A DNA stretch of 64,000 nucleotides from Zygnema circumcarinatum SAG 698-1b (lineage: Eukaryota > Plantae > Zygnematophyceae). The stretch is from contig CM074813.1 of NCBI GenBank assembly GCA_037447605.1, positions 3,224,001-3,288,000 on the forward strand, given 5' to 3'. This document shows positions 55,765-64,000 of the stretch, in pieces. Made by a program: the position numbers and the translations under genes. How positions within the stretch are numbered: position 1 is the first letter of the stretch; every line of letters starts with the position of its first letter. Below the pieces are notes generated by a model. That model was not told where the DNA came from. It saw nothing but the letters and a program-made list of their open reading frames with translations, and searched no databases.

Positions 55765-58700
55765 TCAGAGAGGAGGGAAGGTCGTACCCAGACTCTGAGA
55801 GGCTCCACGAATCAGCAAACAAGTAACGCGATATGGAAATCCAACGATTTTTGGTGAGGTGCAGACCAAATAATCGGGTTTGTGCTCTTTCATGTCGAAT
55901 GATTCTGCAGCATCAGCATCAAGAACTATTTCAGTGGCATCTAGCAGCACGTGCCACAAGTTGCGTTGCGCCTCAGAAACCCAGTGAAGAGAATTCTTAA
56001 GGCCGCCCGCCTGCACAGGATATGCAAATAAGCCCTGCATACACACGACAAAGACAATCATATTTCCGTCAAATTAATGAAGGCAATTAGGAGAACATTG
56101 GGTTGCTGCTGCCAGATCCAGAAAAGGTGGGATTTCCAAGATGAGTTAACACAGCTCCAACTTCTGGTTCCAAATTCACGCATACCAGGCCTTTGACACG
56201 TACCAATCTGATTTCTTCCCTCGGTATTATCTTCCAAGAATTAAGTCCTACTGTTCATTCTACCTTTCATTTGGGAAGCCTTAATCAAAACAGATGCTTG
56301 AAGGAACTCGACAAACTCCATCATCAAGCCGCCTTGGCTCCAAACTTTCATGAGATAAAGAGTAGATAGTATTGTCAGGTCTTTGTGCCTATGATAGCAA
56401 ATCAGCATTTTAAATTCGTCCATTCCTACCTTGGGATTGCTTTTGCTCTTCTTTCGAAAGTGGGTACTGAGCTGTGATCCAGCAATGCGCAAATCGAGCC
56501 ACGCAGTTGGTGCCTCAATTTTCTTTGCATCCTGTTTCCGGCAATACAAAAAAAAAAAAAAGCGAGGAGCAAAGCGACAGATGATAACAACATTAGTCAA
56601 ATTCCATGGTAGAGTTCACACCTCTCTTGCAACACAGTCACTTTTCAGTAAACGAGATTTTTCAGGCCCATAATATTTTTTTTCGTCCAAAATCTGGGGA
56701 GCAAATTATGATCCATCGCCTTTATAATCCCTTTCACAACAGCAAAGAAGGACAAGGAACAGCATCCTCACCCTGAGGTATGCAAAATGAGAGATATATT
56801 CATGTTTCTCATCAAGAGATGTCATATACACGTTGTGTTTGTGAAATGGATATGCCTCTCCGACGAGCATAAAGGCATCCTGTGAAAAGCCACCAACCAC
56901 CTTCCAGCATTACCAAAAAAAAAAAAAAAAAAAACAGCATCAAACATTCCCTTGAGTCCTTTGCTGTATTGAATCGGTCCATGTCAACCTACTACATACA
57001 TCGACTTCATGATTAATGGGCGAAAGACCGAAGGCAAACTGTTGCATGACTGAAAGAGACTCTGAAAACGCTTTATACCGTTGCTGTCGGCGTAAAAACC
57101 ACATGGTACTCTGCCTGGTCGACTCCACAACGCTGCAGGACACGACTACGGACATGAATCTCTGTTACGGACAGAGAGTTGTCCATCGTCACCGTTTTGC
57201 CAGACATGATCTCCTGCAGAGCCAACAGATCCATATTAGTCACTAGATAGAAACTCATTTGCAGAAGGGACCTCTACATTCTTCACTAAAATCCAACCCT
57301 AAAATACAATTAGCGGACACAAGACAAATCAAGAGACATCAGAATAGAGTGTCCAATTCACTCTAGATGAACAATCTACTAATAAGAAAATGCCTCTGTG
57401 AAAGAATTGAAAAAGAAGTCAGGAGAAGTGAAGTGGTCAGCAGTAATACTGAATGTAAGGCCTTAAGACAAAACAATCCTGTCACACCTTTCTCTACATT
57501 ACCCCAATGCATGTCATTCAGATACTCTTGCGCACGCAAGGGCAGCACAGCAAGAATGTGCTTCTCACATAAAGACGGCCTGCACAGAGTTGTGCTTTTG
57601 CTGGTTCTTCCGCCAAACAAGCGCCTGACGGCTGCCACCGAGTAAACCATGGGCCAGATTGCTGAGGAGGACCATTTCCTCGGACACCACTTCGCTTGTT
57701 CTGCTCAGTTAATTGCCGCTGCCTCTGAAGCGTGTCCCTGTCATCATTCGAGCCGAAATCCGCGAGATTTTCAGCATTCGGAAAAATAGAAGAGCTGTCT
57801 CAAGCACCACGAGATTGAGGTAGGTTCCAGAACTTATACTGTCATTATGAGCTTCTCTAATGATAGCCAGATTATGGAACCCCTGCCGAACCGTGCATGA
57901 ATGAAACGGAAAAAACCAGGACGATTTTTAGCTGCCACTCCACACAAAGAACCTAGCAAAACATTGGCCGAAATGATCAGCCTGCATTCTCAAAGCCACA
58001 CATGTTTTTCCTCGTCTTCAGATCCCTACATAATGATTCCGAAACCAACAAAGGTGCACCTGACATCAGGGCTGGCATCTGGTGATGGCTGGTCCCCATC
58101 ATCCTCCTCACAGACGCGAGGCAAATTCATACCAACCACTCTTTCCATGTATATCTCGGGATATCGAGCCTTCACATAATCCTCCACATATCGCATTTCA
58201 TCTGGAGAGATAGGCGCAGACCATCTAACATCTAGATGATTTTCTGGCTCCCCTCTCATGGCTTGCATCGCCTCCGCGATAAGGTGGGGAGGTATAGTAA
58301 CATTGCTTTGCTGCTGCACAAAGGCTAGGATGTCGCTGCATTAGCGGGCGTTCATATTACTTGCCAGATGCCTGACCTGGAAAACCCTAACAATCCTCAA
58401 GGAACTCAAGAAACCCTAAGCACGAATTAAGCCAATTGCCAAATGCCGTCACATCACTAGCTGCAGGACTCGCTGAAGGTAGCAACGGAATATGCAACTA
58501 TAAACAGTAGCATGTACTGCTGCAGTCATTGCTCTATGCATAGGTCGACATAAAGGTTGACACAGAACATGCAGGAAAACACTGCAAAGAGGCTGTGGTA
58601 TCCGCATACACGTATGCACTATAATCACGATTGACATGATAGAGTGCTAACAACAGAGCTGTCTGCGGTAAATCTAGCCTTTCGGATCCATTACTTTCTC

Positions 58701-59258
58701 AGGCGGCACCACATCTATTTACAATATCCCTTTCACTGGGCACGAACAGGAGACGAAAGAGAATGTTCTCAGAAATGAACTGCCGACGCGCAACCAAGAA
58801 TACGGAATTTTGCGGAAATATACCTTGCCAGCAGAAACACTTCGTTTATAGCTTCCAGAACCATTCAGAGACGACTGCATATTCGTATTCGCTAGATTGT
58901 CATCATCTGTGACCTGTAAGCCAAATGGTGTGCAACGAAGAACGATGCCCATGGAGGTTCAGAAGCCACAGTTAGACAAATCCTAATTTTAGCAGTCAGC
59001 CGACACCAGAGTGGGCGAGCTACTAGCAGCTTCAAGAGTTGCGCACTGAAATTAGAGTGCATAGCTTACCCCTCCCATGGAAGCATAGACATGGTCAAAG
59101 TCACCGCTTATTCCTCCCTGCTCCATGGCAGAGGGCTGCAGCCAGCCCACAGCGGGCGGACGGCTTTCTCACGCAATAGGTGCAAGCGTGACGGTGAGGG
59201 CGAGCGCGCGGCGGAGAGGGCGGCGTGCCGGGGGGAGGGGAAGGGGGAGGGGCGCCAT
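55765..59258 (-). CDS. Plant-type PLP-dependent transferase-fold protein (class-V aminotransferase / molybdenum-cofactor-sulfurase-like); 5' end uncertain
   Basis: Exons encode IPPHLIAEAM...LDVRWSAPISPDEMRYVEDYVKARYPE; SVTEIHVRSRVLQRCGVDQAEYHVVFTPT; DAFMLVGEAYPF; EAPTAWLDLRIAGSQLSTHFRKK; and GLFAYP...SLHWVSEAQRNLWHVLLDAT...KPDYLVCTSPKIVGFPYRVTCLLIR. From memory these match an uncharacterised land-plant family. The ATG at 59258 is a guess based on the GC-rich region. Confidence 0.75.
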
Positions 59259-60004
59259 GGAAGCGGCCGCCGTACCGTCCTGCACGCGAGTGGAGTCCAG
59301 CTGCAGCTGCAGCTGTACCTATAGCGCTGGGCAGCTCCAGGCGCGTGTCCCGACTCGACTCGACTCGACTCGACTCGACTCGGGACTCCCTCGCGACTCG
59401 AGGGAGCGCCCGCGGGGCTGCGACCCGAGGAGCCTTCTGGAGGGATCCTGCGACCCCCCCCCCTTCCCGCACGCACGGCTGGCCGTACCGCACCGCACCG
59501 CGGCCCAGCACGCCACGCCACGTCACGTCACGCCTTTCCACGGCGCGTGCTCCGTTAGAGCGCTTGCGGGATCAACTCATCAAACTACCGTACTATCAGT
59601 AGGTTTGAACTTTGAACATTTTTTAGGAATTGTTCAAAGTTCAAGTGAAAAGAGTTTCAAGAAAGGTTTCATTTGCACATTTGAACACTCGAAATGAACA
59701 GTTTTCCAAATCGAACAACATGAAACAAAGTTCACTTGTTCAAAGTCTCAATCTGTTTGGTTCCGTGTGGCTTCAAATTTTCGCAATGCAAGATTCAAAA
59801 CCCTAAAACTTTGCTTAACTCCAGCCCAATTTTCGCCAGACGGCTTTTTGCGCCAGATCGACGATTCCGTACGGTACAGAGAAGGAAACGGGCAAAATTT
59901 GCTAACCATTTGGACGAGAAGGTGACGGACTCAAGTGGTGCAGTGCTTCTCCCCCACCAAATTTGCCAACCATCCGGCCCGGGCTGAGTCCGTGGCCAAA
60001 CCCA

Positions 60005-63000
60005 AGCCTCAGGCCTTGTGGCCTTGTGGGCCTCAGGCCTCTTTGCGGCCTCCTTTGCAATTCTTTGTGGCCTTGTGGCCTCCTTGTGGCCTCAGGCCTC
60101 AGGCCTCAGGTGGCCTCAGGCCTCAGGCCTCTTTGGTGGCCCTTGTGGCCTTGCGGCCTCTTTGCGGCCTCTTTGTGGCCTTTTGTGGCCTCAGGCTCTG
60201 CAGGCTCTCAGGCCTTGTGCCTTGTGGCCTTTGGTGGCCTCTTTGGTGGCCTCTTGCGGCCTCAGGCCTCTCAGGCCCTTTGCGGCCTCTTGGTGGCCCT
60301 TTGTGGCCTCTGGTGGCTCCCAGGGCTCCTTGTGGCCTTGTGGCCTCAGGCCTGTGGCCTCTTTGTGGCCTTTAGGCTCCAGGGCTCCTCAGGCCTCAGG
60401 CTCCTTGTGGCCTCAGGCCCTTTGCGGCCTCTTTGTGGCCTCAGGCCCAGGCTCTTGTGGCCTCAGGCCTTGGTGGCCTTGGTGGCCTCAGGCCTCAGGC
60501 TCTCAGGCCTCTTTGTGGCCTTGAGGCCTCCTCTTCTTTGCGGCCTCAGGCCTCAGGCCTTGCGGCCTCAGGCCTCTTTGGTGGCCTCCTTGCGGGCTTT
60601 GCGGCCTCAGGCCTCAGGCCTCAGGCCTCAGGCTCTTGGTGGCCTTGCGGCCTTGCGGCCTCTTTGGTGGCCTCAGGCCTTGCGGGCCCTTATGGGCCCC
60701 TCAGGCCCTTGGTGGCCCAGGCCCTCTTGTGGCCTCTTTTAGGGCCTCAGGCTCCTTCTCAGGCTCCCAGGCTCCTTTTAGGCTCCTTTGCGGCCCTTGT
60801 GGCCCTTGCGGCCTCAGGCCTCAGGCCTCAGGCCTCAGGCTCCCAGGCCCTTGTGGCCTTGCGGCCTCAGGCCTCAGGCCCTTGCGGCCTCAGGCCTTGC
60901 GGCCTCTTGCGGCCTCTTGCGGCCCCAGGCCTCAGGCTCTTTGGTGGCCTCAGGCCTCTCAGGCCTTGGTGGCCTTGCGGCCCCAGGCCCTTGCGGGGCC
61001 TCTCAGGCTCCTCAGGCCTCAGGCCCTTGTGGCCCTTTGCGGCCCCAGGCCTCAGGCCTCTTGCGGCCTCTTGTGGCCTCTTTGCGGCCTCTCTTGTACC
61101 CCAGGCCCCAGGCCCTTATGGGCCCTTTGCGGCCTCTCCCAGGCCTCAGGCTCCTAGGGCCTTGTGGCCCTTTGTGGCCTCAGGCCTTATGGGCCTCTTG
61201 TGGCCTCAGGCCTCAGGCCTTTAGGCCTCTTGTGGCCTCAGGCCTCTAGGCCTTGTGGCTTTAAGTGGGCCTCAGGGCCTTGCGGCCTCAGGCCTCAGGC
61301 CTTGCGGCTCAGGCCTCAGGCCTCAGGCCTCTTATGGGCTCCTTGTGGCCTTTGGTGGCCTCAGGCCTCAGGCCTTTGGTGGCCCTTTGTGGCCTCTCAG
61401 GGCCTCTCAGGCCTCCCAGGCTCCTTGGTGGCCTCAGGCCTCAGGCCTCAGGCTCCTTGTGGCCTCAGGCCCTTGTGGCCTTGTGGCCTTGGTGGCCTTT
61501 GGTGGCCTTGGTGGCTCTTTGTGGCTTTGTGGCCTCAGGGCTCCTTAGGCCTTGTGGCCTTTGGTGGCCTCTGCGGCCTGTAGCCCCTGGTGGCCTTTGT
61601 GGCTCCCAGGCCTTTAGGCCTCTTATGTGGCCTGCAGTGGCCCTTTGCGGCCTCAGGCCTCAGGCCTCAGGCCCCAGGGCTCCTCAGGCCTCAGGCCTCT
61701 CAGGCCTTTGGTGGGCCTCAGGCCCTTTTTGTGGCCCTTTTTGCGGCCTCTTTGTGGCCTCCTTGTGGCCTTTGCGGCCTCAGGCCTTGTGGCCTTGTGG
61801 CCTTGTGGCCTCAGGCTCCCAGGCCTCAGGCCTCAGGCCTTTTATGGCCTCAGGCCTCGTGGCCTCTTGGTGGCCCCAGGCCTTGCGGCCTCAGGCCTCT
61901 TTGGTGGCCTCTTCAGGGCTCCCAGGCCTTGTGGCCTTGTGGCCTTTGTGGCCTTTGTGGCCCTTGTGTGGCCTTGCGGCCCCAGGCCTCTTTAGGCCTC
62001 AGGCCTTTGCGGGCCTCTTTGTGGCCTCTTGTGGCCTTTGTGGCCTCAGGCCTTCTTATGGGCCTTGAGTGGCCTTGTGGCCCAGGCTCCTTGTGGCCTT
62101 TGCGGCCTCAGGCCTCAGTGGCCTCTCAGGCCTCTTGGTGGCCTCTCAGGCCTCAGGCTCAGGCTCTAGGCCTCTTTTAGGCCTCTTGTGGCCTCTTTTT
62201 GTGGCCTTGGTGGCCTCTTGTGGCCCTTGTGGCCTTGTGGCCTTGTGGCCTCCAGGCCCTTGTGGCCTCAGGCCTCCTTTGGTGGGCCTCTGTGGCCTCT
62301 TGCGGCCTCAGGCCTCTTGGTGGGCCCTCAGGGCTCCCAGGTTTCAGGCCTTAGGCTCCTTGGTGGCCTCAGGGCCTCAGGGCTCCCAGGCCTCAGGCTC
62401 CCAGGGCCTCAGGCCTTAGGCCCCAGGCCTGTGGCCTCAGGCCTCAGGCCTTTGTGGCCTTGTGGGCCTCTGTGGCCTCAGGCTCCTAGGCCTCAGGGCC
62501 TCAGGCCCCAGGCCTCTTGTGGCCTCTAGGCTCCTTTTGTGGCCTCTTAGGCCTTTGTGGCCTTTAGGCCTTGGTGGCCCTTTTTAGTGGCCTCTTGGGC
62601 CTGGAGGGGCCTCCCAGGCCTCTTGGGAGGGGCCTGGTGGGCCTCCCAGGCCTGAGGCTTTGAGGCCTCAGGCCTCTTTGTGGCCTCAGGGCCTTTTTAT
62701 GGGCCTTAGTGCCTCAGGCTCCAGGGCCTCTCAGGCTCCCAGGGCCTTGTGGCTCCCAGGCCTCAGGCCTCAGGCCTCAGGCCTCTCAGGCCTCAGGCCT
62801 CAGGCCTCAGGCCTCTCAGGCCTCAGGCCTCAGGCTCCTTGTGGCCTCTTAGGCCTCAGGCCTCAGGCTCCTCAGGCCTCTGCGGGCCTTGGTGGCCTTC
62901 TTAGGCCTCTTTTTTTGCGGCCTCTTTGTGGCCTTGGTGGCTCCAGGCCTCTCAGGCCTTTGGTGGCCTCAGGCCTTTGTGCACTTTGTGGCCTCTTAGG

Positions 63001-64000
63001 CCTCTTTAGGCCCTTTGCGGCCTCAGGCCTCTTGCGGGGCCTCAGGCCTCCCCCAGGCCTCCCAGGCCTCAGGGCCTCGGCGGCCTTGTGGCCTCAGGCC
63101 TTCTTTAGGGCTCTCAGGCCTCAGGCCTCAGGCTCCTCAGGCCTTGTGGCCTCTAGGCTCCTAGGCCTCAGGCCTCAGGCCTTTAGGCCTTTTAGGCCTT
63201 TGTGGCCTTCTTTAGGCTCTAGGCCTTTTAGGCCTTTTGTACCTTGTGGCCTTGCGGGCTCAGGCTTGAGGGGCTTTGTGTGGCCTTGTGGCCTTTGTGG
63301 CCTTGGTGGCCTTGGTGGCCTTGAGGGCCCTTGGTGGCCTCTCAGGGCCTTGGTGGCCTCAGGCCTTGCGCCCTTTGTAGGCCTCAGGCCTTTGGTGGCC
63401 TCTTTAGGCCTTGGTGGCCTCAGGCCTCTTTGCAGGCTCCCAGGCCTCTTTGTGGCCTTTGTGGCCTCAGGCCTCAGGCCTTTGTGGGCTCCTTTGTGCC
63501 TTGTGGCTCCTTGCGCCCTTGTGGCCTCCAGGCTCCTTGTGGCCTTGCGGCCTATGGGCCTCAGGCTCCCAGGCTCCTATGGCCTCAGGCTCCTAGGGCC
63601 CCAGGCCCCAGGCCTCTCAGGCCTTGGTGGGCCTCAGGCTCCTTAGGCTCCTTCTTTGGTAGCCTCCTTGCGGGCCTCTTCTTTGCGGCCTCTTTGCGGC
63701 CTCTTTGCGTGGCCTTTGCGGCCTTGGTGGCCCTTTGTGGCCTTATGGCCTCAGGCCTCTTAGGCCTCTTTGTGGCCTTGTGGCCTCTCAGGCCTCTCAG
63801 GCCTCAGGCCTTGGTGGCCTTTGCGGGCCTTGGTGGCCTCAGGCCTCTTGCAGGCCTTGGTGGCCTCAGTGGGCCTCAGGCCTCAGGCCTCAGGCCTCAG
63901 GCCTCAGGCCCTTGAGGCCCTGGGTGGCCTCTCAGGGCTCCTCAGGCCTTGTGGCCTCAGGCCTCAGGCCTCAGGCTCCTTGTGGCTCCCAGGGCCTCAG
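60005..64000 (+). repeat. Satellite of at least 4 kb built from short GG-delimited words (ggcctca, ggccttgt, ggcctctttgt, ggccttggt, ggctccca, ggcctttta)
   Basis: Continuous to the window end. A is found almost only before GG or in tatgg. GGCC, AGGCCT and CCTCAGG are extremely dense. Confidence 0.95.

Noticed and set aside
59935-63915. Many long + strand ORFs (up to 328 aa, LWPQASGL-rich)
   Set aside because: They arise because the satellite has almost no A on this strand, so stops are rare. All three frames are open with the same low-complexity peptide.
60005-64000. A true telomere
   Set aside because: It is not a homogeneous G3-containing repeat, and most words have only GG. At most it is a telomere-related satellite.

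Overview
Eukaryotic, intron-rich DNA. The gene content suggests a streptophyte green alga or similar green-lineage organism (inference from a land-plant-type PLP-fold gene, a plant-like MCM3 C-terminus and GC-rich first exons). The left half (0.8-30.4 kb) holds spliced genes: a secreted Pro-rich PAN/apple-like wall protein, a RING-HC/TRAF-zinc-finger E3 ligase, MCM3, and an OTU deubiquitinase of the VCPIP1/A20 type immediately followed by a UBC (E2) domain. The main finding is that the OTU and E2 exons can be joined through canonical GT-AG junctions with matching phases into one 13-exon ORF of about 1157 aa. That would be a candidate DUB-E2 fusion with both catalytic cysteines intact and a roughly 190-aa insertion inside the E2 fold. 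It is a hand-built model and needs RNA-seq confirmation. From 33 to 53 kb is a nest of Ty3/Gypsy LTR retrotransposons (two families, one present in both orientations) with N-gaps, an exact duplicated contig and noisy sequence. From 55.8 to about 59.3 kb is a molybdenum-cofactor-sulfurase-like PLP-fold gene. The last 4 kb is a 'GGCCTCA'-word satellite related to a (CTCAGGG)n array inside an OTU intron. I saw no rRNA, tRNA or CRISPR array.
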